The notes: generated by a model not told the origin, from the letters alone. Positions 1 through 11,476 are shown, counted from the stretch's first letter. The stretch: DNA of 64,000 nt from Deltaproteobacteria bacterium (GCA_021802645.1 JAJZRO010000007.1:51073-115072), one strand, 5' to 3'. A program made the numbers and translations.

Positions 1-1
1 G

Positions 2-130
2 GGCGAAGTGGCAGCCAAGTTCGGCGGCGGCGGCCATCGCAACGCCGCCGGTTTCCGATTGACCGAAACCTCCATCGTCGCGGTACGGGAGCAGTTGCTG
101 GCCGAACTCCTGCCGTTGGTTACCCGCTGA
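2..130 (+). CDS. DHH/DHHA1-family phosphoesterase (NrnA-like), 3' end only; the gene starts upstream of the window
   Basis: Frame 2 reads GEVAAKFGGGGHRNAAGFRL...LPLVTR then TGA at 128-130. GGGGH..AAG is the DHHA1 signature, and a position just upstream of truB is typical. Confidence 0.6.
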   Translation, partial: GEVAAKFGGGGHRNAAGFRLTETSIVAVREQLLAELLPLVTR

Positions 131-134
131 TTCC

Positions 135-962
135 ATGGCCGGCCTGACCGCGGGATCGGAACAGGGCAGGGCGACCGTGCCGCTGTCCGCCACTGAGGCT
201 GCTTCCGCCGAGGCGGGTGTCTTTCTTGTCGACAAGCCGGTGGGCCTTACCTCTTTTGCCATGGTGCAACGGATTCGGCGGGCGCTCAATATCAAGAAGG
301 TGGGCCATGCCGGCACCCTGGACCCCTTTGCCTCGGGATTGCTGATCCTCTGCGCCGGCCGACCGGCGACCAGAATCATCGATCAACTCATGGTCGGCGA
401 CAAGGAATACCGCGCCACCCTGCAACTGGGCGTGGAGACCGACACCCAGGACCTGGAAGGTCGGATTACGGCCGAGCGGCCGGTGAACGGGATCGAGGCG
501 GTGCGCATCGACCAGGTGTTGGCACAGTTTACCGGCGAGCTTATGCAGGCGCCGCCGGCGTATTCGGCGGTGAAGCACGAGGGCAAGCCGCTCTATGCCT
601 ACGCCCGCAAGGGCATCACCGTGACCAAGGAACCGCGGCCGGTGGTGATCGCGACCCTGGAGGCCGAATCCTTTGATGCGGCACGAAATCAGCTGACCAT
701 TCGGGTGGTCTGCAGCAAGGGCACCTACATTCGCACCCTGGCCGCCGATATCGGTACGGTCCTGGGGTGCGGCGCCCACCTTGTCGCCCTCCGTCGCCTG
801 CGCAGCGGCCCTTTCCGGGTGGAGGAGGCGCTGGATGGCGCCTGCCTTGCCGAGCGCGATGAGGCGCGGGTGTGCTTGGCCGGCCATCGGTTGACGGTGG
901 ATGCAGTCTTGATGCGGGCTGCGTCCTGGCCGGGTTTGGGCCGTTTGCCACAAAGCGCCTGA
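135..962 (+). CDS. truB: tRNA pseudouridine(55) synthase TruB
   Basis: 275-aa ORF with GVFLVDKPVGLTSF and the catalytic GHAGTLDPFASGLL motif. Conserved truB-rpsO-pnp order. Confidence 0.95.
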   Translation: MAGLTAGSEQGRATVPLSATEAASAEAGVFLVDKPVGLTSFAMVQRIRRALNIKKVGHAGTLDPFASGLLILCAGRPATRIIDQLMVGDKEYRATLQLGVETDTQDLEGRITAERPVNGIEAVRIDQVLAQFTGELMQAPPAYSAVKHEGKPLYAYARKGITVTKEPRPVVIATLEAESFDAARNQLTIRVVCSKGTYIRTLAADIGTVLGCGAHLVALRRLRSGPFRVEEALDGACLAERDEARVCLAGHRLTVDAVLMRAASWPGLGRLPQSA

Positions 963-972
963 ATACAATCAG

Positions 973-1001
973 TTGACAAGAAGGCGTTGTTCCAGTAAGA
1001 A
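973..1001 (+). promoter_or_regulatory. possible sigma-70 promoter for rpsO (TTGACA-N17-TAAGAA)
   Basis: TTGACA at 973-978, 17-nt spacer, TAAGAA at 996-1001, about 85 nt upstream of the rpsO GTG start. The -10 element is weak. Confidence 0.3.
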
Positions 1002-1086
1002 GAACCGTTACCCTAGGAATCGATGGGGGGCCTGAGGGCCTTTCTGCCGATCTCCCGAATATTAATCCGAAGAAGGAGTTATTGCT

Positions 1087-1356
1087 GTGACACTGCAGAC
1101 CGAAGACAAGAAGACCATCATCAGTCAGTACGGCAAACACGAGAACGATTCCGGCTCCCCGGCGGTGCAGATCGCCCTGTTGAGCGCGCGGATCAATTAC
1201 CTCACCGAGCATTTCCAGTCGCACAAGAAGGACCATCATTCCCGTCGCGGCCTTTTGAAGCTGGTTGGCCAGCGCCGCCGGCTGCTTGATTATCTGAAGG
1301 GCAAGGATGTCGACGGCTACCGTGACCTGATCCAGAAGCTCGGCATCCGCAAGTAA
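1087..1356 (+). CDS. rpsO: 30S ribosomal protein S15
   Basis: 89 aa, GTG start, AAGGAG RBS upstream. Sequence ...[48 protein letters not shown] is classic S15. Confidence 0.97.
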   Translation: MTLQTEDKKTIISQYGKHENDSGSPAVQIALLSARINYLTEHFQSHKKDHHSRRGLLKLVGQRRRLLDYLKGKDVDGYRDLIQKLGIRK

Positions 1357-1387
1357 CACACCACCGGCCATTGTTTGCCCGTCGCGT

Positions 1388-1424
1388 TCGGCCCCTGCCA
1401 TAAGCCAGGGGCCGAGCGTTTTTT
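1388..1424 (+). terminator. rho-independent terminator/attenuator between rpsO and pnp
   Basis: Stem TCGGCCCCTG (1388-1397) pairs with CAGGGGCCGA (1406-1415), followed by a T tract at 1419-1424. This is the classic position of the rpsO terminator / pnp leader hairpin. Confidence 0.75.
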
Positions 1425-1470
1425 CAACGAACCCCCTCTGCGGGCATCTGGCCACCACACAGGAGCAGCA

Positions 1471-3561
<2,091 letters not shown>

Positions 3562-3573
3562 GCACCCGGCTAT

Positions 3574-4830
3574 ATGTACTGTAAAACTACCCTCGACAAC
3601 GGGGTCCGCATCGTCACCGAAAAGGTGGACTCCCGCGTCGTCTCCGTCGGTATCTGGGTTGAGGTCGGCTCCCGCGACGAGCACGACCTCAACAACGGCA
3701 GTGCCCACTTTGTCGAACACATGTTCTTCAAGGGCACTGCCCGCCGTTCCGCCCAGCAGCTCGCCCGCGAACTCGATGTGCTGGGCGGCATGTCCAACGC
3801 CTTCACCGCCAACGAAACCACCTGCTTCTACGCCACGGTCCTCGACGACCGGGTGCCCCGTCTGGTGGAACTCTTTGCCGATATCTTCCTCAACTCCCTC
3901 TTTGCCCCCGAAGAGTTGGAGCGGGAGCGCGAGGTGATCCTCCAGGAGATCAGCATGGTGGAGGACACCCCGGACGATCAGATCCACGAACTTTTCAACC
4001 GTCAGCTCTGGGGCCGCCACCCGCTCGGCAATACGGTGCTCGGTCCCCGCGAGGTGGTGGGGGCGCTCTCCGCCCAGCATCTCCTCGACTACGTCAAACG
4101 TTTCTACCGGCCCGAGCGGGTGCTCATTGTCGCGGCCGGCAACGTGGAGCACGACGCCTTCTGCGCGCTGTGGCGCCAGGAGCTGGCCGGTTTCACTGCC
4201 GCCAAGGGCACGCCGCCACCCCGCACCACGCCGGAACCGGTGGCGCCGCAGCGGCTCGTCTACCCCAAGCCGCTGGAGCAGGTGCACATGGTGCTCGGCA
4301 CCTACGGTCTGCCCATTGCCGCCGAGGCGCGTTACACCCTCTTCCTGCTCAACATCCTCCTGGGCGGCAATATGAGTTCCCGCCTCTTCCAGGAAATCCG
4401 CGAGAAGCGCGGCCTGGCCTATTCGGTATACTCCTACCTCAATTCTCACCGCGACTGCGGGGTGCTGGCGGTCTATCTCGGCATCGATCCTGGCGTGGCC
4501 ACCGAGGCCATGGGGCTGGTGCAGCGCGAACTCACCCGTTTCGTACAGAAGCGGGTGACGGCCGAGGAACTGGCCGAGGCCAAGGATTACGCCCGGGCCG
4601 GGGTCTATCTTTCGGTCGAGAGCATGGAGACCCGCATGACCCAACTGGCCCGCCACGAACTCTATTTCCAACGCGAGGTGCCGTTGGACGAGGTGGTGGC
4701 CGGCATCGCGCAGGTGAGTGCGGCCGAAATCCAGTCCCTGGCCGACGCCCTCTTCTCCCGCCCCCTTTCCGTCGCCGCCATCGGGCCGCTCGCTCGGGGC
4801 GCGGTGGATTGGAGCGTCCTCAAAAGCTGA
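3574..4830 (+). CDS. M16-family (pitrilysin-like) zinc peptidase
   Basis: 418 aa with the inverted zinc motif [10 protein letters not shown] (HxxEH) near the N-terminus and an M16 C-terminal domain pattern. It commonly follows pnp. Confidence 0.85.
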   Translation: MYCKTTLDNGVRIVTEKVDSRVVSVGIWVEVGSRDEHDLNNGSAHFVEHMFFKGTARRSAQQLARELDVLGGMSNAFTANETTCFYATVLDDRVPRLVELFADIFLNSLFAPEELEREREVILQEISMVEDTPDDQIHELFNRQLWGRHPLGNTVLGPREVVGALSAQHLLDYVKRFYRPERVLIVAAGNVEHDAFCALWRQELAGFTAAKGTPPPRTTPEPVAPQRLVYPKPLEQVHMVLGTYGLPIAAEARYTLFLLNILLGGNMSSRLFQEIREKRGLAYSVYSYLNSHRDCGVLAVYLGIDPGVATEAMGLVQRELTRFVQKRVTAEELAEAKDYARAGVYLSVESMETRMTQLARHELYFQREVPLDEVVAGIAQVSAAEIQSLADALFSRPLSVAAIGPLARGAVDWSVLKS

Positions 4831-4847
4831 ACCCCAAGGAGGAAGCC

Positions 4848-5312
<465 letters not shown>

Positions 5313-5413
5313 GAAGGCAAAAGGCAAAGGGTAAAAGTCAAAAGGCAACGGTGCGGCTGGTGTCAGTTTTTCGCTGATGGCCGATGGCTGAACGCTGTTT
5401 TTGGAGTCTCGTT

Positions 5414-6220
5414 ATGCGATTCTGCGTGCTGGGCGGCGGCAGCAAAGGCAATGCCACCTATGTCGAGACAGGCGGCACCCGCCTGCTCATCGACGCCGGC
5501 TTCTCCGGCAAGGAGATTGAGCGGCGTCTTGTCGCCATCGGCGTCGATCCCGCCTCGCTCCACGCCATCTGCATCACCCACGAACACACCGACCATATCC
5601 GCGGAGTTGGCGTGCTTTCGCGGCGCTACCATCTCCCCGTTCTGGTAAACCGTGCGACTTTCTCGGCCGCCGGTTCGGTGCTCGACAACCTCGCGCAAAC
5701 CGTGCTCTTCGAGACCGGCGCTACCTTCACCTTCCGCGACCTCCATCTCCATCCCTTTGCCATCTCCCACGACGCCGCCGATCCAGTCGGCTTCCTCTGC
5801 CGCGCCAACGGCCTGGTGCTGGGCTATTGCACCGACACCGGCATTGCCTCCCGGCTCATCAGCCACCGCCTTTCCGGCTGCCACGGCCTGGTGCTCGAAT
5901 GCAACCACGATGTGGAGATGCTCGCCAATGGGCCGTATCCGCCGCCCTTGAAACAGCGGGTGCGCGGTAAGAGCGGCCACCTGGCCAATGTCGAGGCGGC
6001 GGCGCTCCTGCGCGGCCTCTTGCACGACCAGCTCCAGCATGTGGTGCTCTCCCATCTCAGCGAAACCAACAACACGCCGCATCTCGCCCGCGAGGCAGTT
6101 CTCGCCATGCTGGCCGCCGCAGCGGCGGAGGAAGGGGCGGCCATGCCGGTTGTTTCCCTGGCCAGCCAGGACGAACCCGGCGAGGTGGTGATCCTGCGGG
6201 AGGGACCATGGAACCGGTAA
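5414..6220 (+). CDS. MBL-fold metallo-hydrolase
   Basis: MRFCVLGGGSKGNATYVE...ITHEHTDHIRG (HxHxDH motif). The start was taken at the internal ATG 5414 that gives the usual N-terminus, while the ORF opens at 5384. Confidence 0.8.
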   Translation: MRFCVLGGGSKGNATYVETGGTRLLIDAGFSGKEIERRLVAIGVDPASLHAICITHEHTDHIRGVGVLSRRYHLPVLVNRATFSAAGSVLDNLAQTVLFETGATFTFRDLHLHPFAISHDAADPVGFLCRANGLVLGYCTDTGIASRLISHRLSGCHGLVLECNHDVEMLANGPYPPPLKQRVRGKSGHLANVEAAALLRGLLHDQLQHVVLSHLSETNNTPHLAREAVLAMLAAAAAEEGAAMPVVSLASQDEPGEVVILREGPWNR

Positions 6221-7002
6221 AGAACCGTTACCCCTGGCGCCTCGGCGCGCCCTCCTACGTGATCCCCGAGGCGGTGCTGCCCAACGTGGAGCTGCTGGCG
6301 CCGCTGGTGGACGATGTCCAGCTCCTCTTTTTCGAGAGCAGCAGCGCCCAGGGCATGGCGCATGCGGTGCCCCTTGCGGCCCTGGCTGATCTCGCCGCAG
6401 CCCATGATCTCACCTATACGGTCCACCTGCCCACCGACCTCTTCCTCGGCCACCCCGACCTGGCAGTGCGGGAGGAGGGGATTGCCGAGATCGAGCACTT
6501 GGTGGCATTGCTCGCCCCGCTCTGTCCCGCGGCCTTCGACCTCCACCTGAACCGCCAGCCGGAGATCAGCGAGGCAGCGTGGCATGACCATCTCGCCTCC
6601 TCGTTGACCCTGCTCCGCAGCCGGTTGGGTAGCGAGACGGAAAAAATCGCCATCGAGAACATCGACTATCCCTTTGCCCAGATACAGGGTCTGGTGGCCG
6701 CCCACGGCTTTTCCGTTTGCCTTGACTTCGGCCATGTGCTTTATTACCAGCACGAGTGGCCTCCCGCCTTGGCGCTGGCCGCTCACGCCGGTCACATACA
6801 CCTCCACGGCGGGCGCGACGGCCGCGACCATCGGCCGTTGGGGTTCGACCAGGCGAGCCATCTCGTCGAGGTGGGCCAGGTCCTCTCACGCGGGAACTTT
6901 CGCGGGGTGTTGACCCTGGAGGTGTACAAATACGACTACCTGCGCCGCTCCTGCGAAATACTCGCGGAGCTGTGGCAACCCTTTACCCGGAGTATCAAGT
7001 GA
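6208..7002 (+). CDS. xylose-isomerase-like TIM-barrel protein, possibly cobamide-remodeling phosphodiesterase CbiR-like
   Basis: 264 aa with N-terminus WRLGAPSYVIPEAVLPNVELLAPLVDDVQLLFFES. It overlaps the MBL gene by 13 nt and its stop overlaps the cobT ATG (GTGATG). The CbiR assignment comes from remembered family resemblance plus context and was not searched. Confidence 0.5.
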   Translation: MEPVKNRYPWRLGAPSYVIPEAVLPNVELLAPLVDDVQLLFFESSSAQGMAHAVPLAALADLAAAHDLTYTVHLPTDLFLGHPDLAVREEGIAEIEHLVALLAPLCPAAFDLHLNRQPEISEAAWHDHLASSLTLLRSRLGSETEKIAIENIDYPFAQIQGLVAAHGFSVCLDFGHVLYYQHEWPPALALAAHAGHIHLHGGRDGRDHRPLGFDQASHLVEVGQVLSRGNFRGVLTLEVYKYDYLRRSCEILAELWQPFTRSIK

Positions 7003-8066
7003 TGCAAACCGCCCAAGACCTCGCGCAATTCTGCGCAGCCATCCAACCCATCGATCCGGCCGCCCAGACCGCGGCCCAGAAGCGGCTCGACAACCTCACC
7101 AAGCCCCAGGGCAGCCTCGGCCGCCTGGAGGAACTGGCTGCCCAGGTCTCTGCCATGCGCGGTACCGTCGCCCCGCCCATCGGCAAGAAGGTGGTCCTCA
7201 CCTTTGCCGGCGACCACGGCGTGGCAGCCGAGGGGGTGAGCAAGTTTCCCCAGGAGGTCACGGTGCAGATGGTGCACAACTTCCTCGGTGGCGGCGCCGG
7301 GGTCAATGTGCTCGCTCGCCACGTGGGCGCCGAGGTGCGGGTGATCGACGTCGGCGTCAAGGAGCCCATTCATGCGGATGGCCTGATCCAGCGCAAGGTG
7401 CGGCCCGGTACCGACAACATCGCGGTTGGCCCGGCCATGAGCGAGGCCGAGGCCGTGGCTGCCATCAACGTGGGCATCGAGGTGGCGCGCCAGGCGATCA
7501 GCGACGGCGCCGATATCCTCGGCACCGGCGAGATGGGCATTGCCAACACCACCCCCTCGGCGGCGCTCTACGCCCTCTTGCTGCCGGCCACCCCTGCCCA
7601 GGTCACCGGCCGCGGCACCGGCCTCGATGACGCGGCCTTGCAGGCAAAGACTCAGGTAATCGAAAAGGCGCTCGCCGTAAACAAGGAACGCTGCGGAACC
7701 CCGCTGGGTGCGCTGGCGGCGGTGGGTGGGCTGGAGATTGCCGCCATCTGCGGCGTGGTGCTCGAAGCGGCGAAGAGCCGCGTGCCCGTGGTGGTGGATG
7801 GCTTCATCTCCACGGCCGGCGCCCTGGTGGCCTTGAAGCTCTGCGAGAACGCCAAGGGCTACTGTCTTTTCAGCCACATGTCCGCCGAGCAGGGCCACCG
7901 CATGTTCTTCGAGACCATGGGCTTTCGGCCGCTGCTCCACCTCGACATGCGCCTCGGCGAGGGCACCGGCGCCGCGCTTTCCATGAGCCTGGTGGAGGCG
8001 GGCCTCAAGGTACTCCACGAGATGGCCACCTTCGGCGAGGCCGGAGTGAGCGAGGCGCAGGAATGA
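7002..8066 (+). CDS. cobT: nicotinate-nucleotide--dimethylbenzimidazole phosphoribosyltransferase
   Basis: Conserved N-terminus from ATG 7002 (...LDNLTKPQGSLGRLEELA), plus GEMGIANTTPS and GEGTGA motifs. The ORF opens further upstream at 6756. Confidence 0.93.
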   Translation: MQTAQDLAQFCAAIQPIDPAAQTAAQKRLDNLTKPQGSLGRLEELAAQVSAMRGTVAPPIGKKVVLTFAGDHGVAAEGVSKFPQEVTVQMVHNFLGGGAGVNVLARHVGAEVRVIDVGVKEPIHADGLIQRKVRPGTDNIAVGPAMSEAEAVAAINVGIEVARQAISDGADILGTGEMGIANTTPSAALYALLLPATPAQVTGRGTGLDDAALQAKTQVIEKALAVNKERCGTPLGALAAVGGLEIAAICGVVLEAAKSRVPVVVDGFISTAGALVALKLCENAKGYCLFSHMSAEQGHRMFFETMGFRPLLHLDMRLGEGTGAALSMSLVEAGLKVLHEMATFGEAGVSEAQE

Positions 8067-8809
8067 ACCTGCTGCGGGCCGCACGGGTCGCGATCTCCTT
8101 TCTCACCATCCTGCCGATTTCGGCGCCGGCTGGTGTGGAGAGCCGCGATCTGACCCGCAGCGCCGCCTTCTTCCCTTTGGTGGGCTGGTTCTTGGGCGGG
8201 CTGCTGCTCCTGGCGGCCAAGATTTTGATTTCGCTATTCGGCAGCGGCCTCACCACCGCCCTGGGGCTGGTGGCCATTCTGGCGTGGCTGACGCGGGGGT
8301 TGCACCTCGACGGTCTGGCTGATCTCGTGGACGGCCTCGGCGGCAGCCATGAACCGGCCCGGCGCCTGGCGATCATGAAGGATTCCTCCATCGGCGCCTT
8401 CGGGGTGATCGGTCTCATCCTGCTGCTGGCCATCAAGGCAAGCACCCTGGCGGATCTGTTGCCGCAACTCTTTGTGGACCACAAACTGGCGCTGCTCGTC
8501 CCGCTGGTGGCCTCCCGCTGGGGTATGGTGCTCCTTGCTTGGCGCGGGCGTTACCCGCGGGAACAGGGTACGGGCCATGCCTTTGTCGGCCAGACCGGCC
8601 TCGGTGAGGTGATCGTCAGCTCCCTCTTTGTCCTGCCCCTTTGTCTTCTCGGGCCGGCAGCCGTGCTCGCGCTGCTTGCCTCCCTTCTTCCCGCCTTCCT
8701 CCTCTACTTCAAGGCCACCCGTGCCCTGGGCGGCATCACCGGCGACGTGCTCGGCGCCTCCTGCGAACTGGGCGAGGCCCTCGGCTGGCTTGCATTGCTG
8801 GCGTGGTAG
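8063..8809 (+). CDS. cobS: adenosylcobinamide-GDP ribazoletransferase (cobalamin synthase)
   Basis: 248-aa polytopic membrane protein with FLTILPI..., GLHLDGLADLVDGL and GGITGDVLGA motifs. ATGA overlap with the cobT stop. Confidence 0.93.
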   Translation: MNLLRAARVAISFLTILPISAPAGVESRDLTRSAAFFPLVGWFLGGLLLLAAKILISLFGSGLTTALGLVAILAWLTRGLHLDGLADLVDGLGGSHEPARRLAIMKDSSIGAFGVIGLILLLAIKASTLADLLPQLFVDHKLALLVPLVASRWGMVLLAWRGRYPREQGTGHAFVGQTGLGEVIVSSLFVLPLCLLGPAAVLALLASLLPAFLLYFKATRALGGITGDVLGASCELGEALGWLALLAW

Positions 8810-8898
8810 AGGGTTGCTTTGCTTCTCATCCTTGACAGGGTATCCCTGGCCGCTGTACACAACAGAAGAGGACAACTCGAAAAGCATGAGGCAACGGC

Positions 8899-9171
8899 TT
8901 GCAATTTGAGTGGGATGCGCGAAAGGCAGCGGTAAATACCAAGAAGCATGAAGTGTCGTTTCACGAGGCCGCGACGGTGTTTGCGGACCCAATGGCCCTT
9001 ACTTTCCATGATCCGGACCACTCCGCAACCGAGCATCGGTTTGTTACGTTTGGGTTGTCCCAGGCAAATCGTCTCCTGGTTGTGGCGCATACCGACCGCG
9101 GCAGAAGAATACGCATCATCAGCGCCCGTTTGATGACAAAAGGTGAGAGGAAAATCTATGAAGAAGAGTAA
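8899..9171 (+). CDS. brnT: BrnT-family (DUF497) toxin
   Basis: 90 aa reading FEWDARKAAVNTKKHEVSFHEAATVF...RIRIISARLMTKGERKIYEE, matching the BrnT pattern. TTG start is the first available in frame. Confidence 0.85.
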   Translation: MQFEWDARKAAVNTKKHEVSFHEAATVFADPMALTFHDPDHSATEHRFVTFGLSQANRLLVVAHTDRGRRIRIISARLMTKGERKIYEEE

Positions 9172-9397
9172 AAGTGACGAGCTTCGTTCTGAATACACTC
9201 GCGCTGACCTTGGGAAAGGGGTGCGGGGCAAACACCTCAAATCCTATCGGGCGGGAACTAATCTCGTGCTGCTGCGCCCCGATGTCGCGGCGGTTTTTCC
9301 TACGGATGAGGCGGTCAACAAGGCGTTGGGTTCCCTCATAGAAGTAGCCGAGAATGTCGGCGCGGCAACGCGCCCGACCAAGCCGCGTCAAAAGTGA
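9158..9397 (+). CDS. BrnA-like antitoxin (partner of BrnT)
   Basis: ATG 9158 overlaps the brnT 3' end by 14 nt, with a GGTGAGAGG RBS. Reads MKKSKSDELRSEYTRADLGKGVRGKH...LLRPDVAAVFPTDEAVNKAL, typical of small antitoxins downstream of BrnT. Confidence 0.65.
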   Translation: MKKSKSDELRSEYTRADLGKGVRGKHLKSYRAGTNLVLLRPDVAAVFPTDEAVNKALGSLIEVAENVGAATRPTKPRQK

Positions 9398-9532
9398 CAG
9401 GTTGGTTAGCTCGTTCTTCAGCCCACAAAGCACAAAGAAATAGGTAGTTATTTCCGCTGGTTCACTGATTCCATGCGGGGTAAGTCGATAACAACGTGAT
9501 GGCGTAATTTAACCAAAACAGGGAGGGGACCT

Positions 9533-9883
9533 ATGATATACCTTTTTGCCTCGCTGCTGCTTATGTACCTTGGCAGAAAGGTGGGTTGGGCGATTTCCAA
9601 GAAAGTCCTTTATCCAGCCCATGCCGCAATCGTTCTGCCCCTCTGTGTGGGGTGGGGAGCTATTGTTGCCCTACTGATATTGGCGCTGATTCGTTGGCAA
9701 GAGCCCCATATCATGCTCAAGATCATCATGGGATATGCTCTGGGGTGGTATGTAGCTATTCCGAACTTCGGGCTAATGGACGAGCGCACAATTCCGCCAT
9801 GGGAAAGGCAAAGGCATTTACATGTTTCCACTTTGCCATCCATCACGTATTTGCTGACGATAGCCATGTCTTTCGTGGCATAA
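9533..9883 (+). CDS. hypothetical small integral membrane protein
   Basis: 116 aa with 3-4 hydrophobic helices and a GGGAGGGGA RBS-like stretch before the ATG. It lies in a lower-GC stretch between two TA pairs. No family recognised. Confidence 0.5.
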   Translation: MIYLFASLLLMYLGRKVGWAISKKVLYPAHAAIVLPLCVGWGAIVALLILALIRWQEPHIMLKIIMGYALGWYVAIPNFGLMDERTIPPWERQRHLHVSTLPSITYLLTIAMSFVA

Positions 9884-9994
9884 AGGGCTACAGGCGTTTC
9901 CTGTTCATAGGGTTATTCCGGGGAGATATATCTAAAATCTCACGCCTTGACTTCCGGTTCGAATTTGGTACGTTAAAAAGACTGGAGGCGAACC

Positions 9995-10270
9995 ATGAAT
10001 ATCACAAACGACATCAAGCCCGTTACCTACCTCAAGTCCCGTGCGGCTGATCTGCTTGAGCAGATTAACGAGACGCATCGCCCGGTCATCATCACGCAGA
10101 ATGGGGAACCGCGAGCCGTGCTCCAAGACCCGCAGAGCTACGAGGCCATGCGCAACGCCATCGGCATCCTGAAGCTCGTTTCTCAAGGGGAGGCGGACAT
10201 CCGCTCTGGCAAAACGCTGGACCAGGATGTAGTGTTCGGTAAACTCGAAGAGATGCTGGCGAAGAAATGA
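9995..10270 (+). CDS. Phd/YefM-family antitoxin
   Basis: 91 aa reading KPVTYLKSRAADLLEQINETHRPVIITQNGEPRAVLQDPQSYE, the canonical Phd/YefM N-terminal domain. GGAGG RBS. Confidence 0.9.
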   Translation: MNITNDIKPVTYLKSRAADLLEQINETHRPVIITQNGEPRAVLQDPQSYEAMRNAIGILKLVSQGEADIRSGKTLDQDVVFGKLEEMLAKK

Positions 10271-10596
10271 AGCGGACCTACCGGGTGGTCTGGGCTGCGA
10301 TTGCCTACGACGATCTGCATGGAATTATCGAATACATTGCCCAGGACAGCCCGGCGAACGCCAGAAAAGTTCTGAAAACCATCAAGAGCAAGGCCGCGAC
10401 CCTGCACCTCTCGCCGCAGCGGGGGCGGGTGGTGCCGGAGTTGCAGGAACAGGGCATTGCCCACTACCGCGAACTCATTGTCACCCCGTGGCGTCTGATC
10501 TACCGGATTGCCGACGAGACGGTCTTGGTGCTCTCCGTCCTCGACAGCCGGCGGAACATCGAAGACCTCTTACTGGCGAGGCTGACAGGAGTATGA
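10267..10596 (+). CDS. ParE/RelE-family toxin
   Basis: 109 aa with ATGA overlap with the antitoxin stop. AYDDLHGIIEYIAQDSPANARKV...YRELIVTPWRLIYRIADETVLVLSVLDSRRN is ParE-like. Confidence 0.9.
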   Translation: MKRTYRVVWAAIAYDDLHGIIEYIAQDSPANARKVLKTIKSKAATLHLSPQRGRVVPELQEQGIAHYRELIVTPWRLIYRIADETVLVLSVLDSRRNIEDLLLARLTGV

Positions 10597-10862
10597 AAAA
10601 CAAAGGAATGAAGAGAGTTGGATTGCTGGTTGGTGGGGTTCTCTTGATCTGTGCCGGTTCCCCGCTGGCTGCCGTAGCGGCGGATAGCATTGTAGCCAAG
10701 GGCAGCCCGGCGCAGGCGGACATCTGCAACAAGGAATTGAAGTGGGGTGTTGTGAACTGCGACCGGGAATTCCGGCAGCATCAGGATACGCGGAAGCATG
10801 CCGACTGCCTGGCTGCGGTCCGCGCCAAATACGACACCTGCATGGACCCTGGCGCGAAGTAG
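10593..10862 (+). CDS. small secreted 4-cysteine protein (paralog A), unknown function
   Basis: 89 aa with a signal peptide (MKNKGMKRVGLLVGGVLLICAGSPLAAVAA). Mature part is KGSPAQADICNKELKWGVVNCDREFRQHQDTRKHADCLAAVRAKYDTCMDPGAK. The ATG overlaps the parE TGA (ATGA). Confidence 0.7.
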   Translation: MKNKGMKRVGLLVGGVLLICAGSPLAAVAADSIVAKGSPAQADICNKELKWGVVNCDREFRQHQDTRKHADCLAAVRAKYDTCMDPGAK

Positions 10863-10915
10863 CCGTTATCCTAGCTCCACCTATTGTCCTCCCTACAACA
10901 CCCAGGAGAAATCTC

Positions 10916-11476
10916 ATGCGTCAGACATACTGCGTGGTTGTGTTGCTTGCTTTCGCTTTGTCTTTTTTTTTGGTGAACCTTGCCCGTGCTGAAGAAAAGG
11001 GGCGAGGCTGCGATTGCGGTACAGTGGACTTTCACACTGGGATTGATCTGAACGCGCCTGCGGGTACGCCGATTCAGGCCGAAGATGATGGGGTCGTTGT
11101 GAAGGTCGAGGGAAACGAGCAGGCTGCAGTGTATTCGTCTACAGGAGGCTTCTGTGGGCGTTACATCGTGTTGCGGCACGATTATAAGAACGGCCGCTCG
11201 GTCTTTACTCGATACGCGCAACTCGGTGCAATAGCCGACAAACAGGGACGCGGCATCAAGGAAGGGCAAAAGATCAAGGCAGGTGAGCGGATTGGTACCA
11301 TTGGCAAGGCGGGACTGCTGCATTTCGAGGTCCGGCCCGTGGCGTCCAAGCCCAACGCCGAAACCAGTCTCTTCCATAAGGATGATCCCACCATGGCATG
11401 GACCAAGTATCAGCCGGTCAATCCGAATGATTTTGATTTCGATCGCTATGCTGGCCGTCAGCCTAAGAAGCAGTAA
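10916..11476 (+). CDS. secreted M23 (LytM-domain) peptidase-like protein with a non-canonical active site
   Basis: 186 aa with a signal peptide. The HxxxD motif is present (FHTGIDLNAPAGTPI) and the C-terminal motif reads GLLHFEVRP instead of HLHFE. The start was chosen at ATG 10916, inside the longer ORF. Confidence 0.8.
   Translation: MRQTYCVVVLLAFALSFFLVNLARAEEKGRGCDCGTVDFHTGIDLNAPAGTPIQAEDDGVVVKVEGNEQAAVYSSTGGFCGRYIVLRHDYKNGRSVFTRYAQLGAIADKQGRGIKEGQKIKAGERIGTIGKAGLLHFEVRPVASKPNAETSLFHKDDPTMAWTKYQPVNPNDFDFDRYAGRQPKKQ

Noticed and set aside
4170-4847. 5' extension of the dut ORF (the 380-aa ORF starting at 4170)
   Set aside because: The extension overlaps the M16 peptidase gene in another frame and is Arg/Pro/Gly junk. 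dUTPase homology and an RBS begin at 4848.
5313-5352. A/G-rich quasi-repeats (AAGGCAAAAGGCAAAGGGTAAAAGTCAAAAGGCAA) after dut
   Set aside because: It is short and degenerate with no symmetry or known motif. It is probably low-complexity spacer, though it could be rechecked as a protein- or CsrA-type binding site.
9119-10186. Minus-strand ORFs (9119..9433 and 9932..10186) within the TA islet
   Set aside because: They are antisense to the BrnA-like and Phd genes, which have family-typical sequences and coupled start and stop codons. The antisense ORFs show no motifs.
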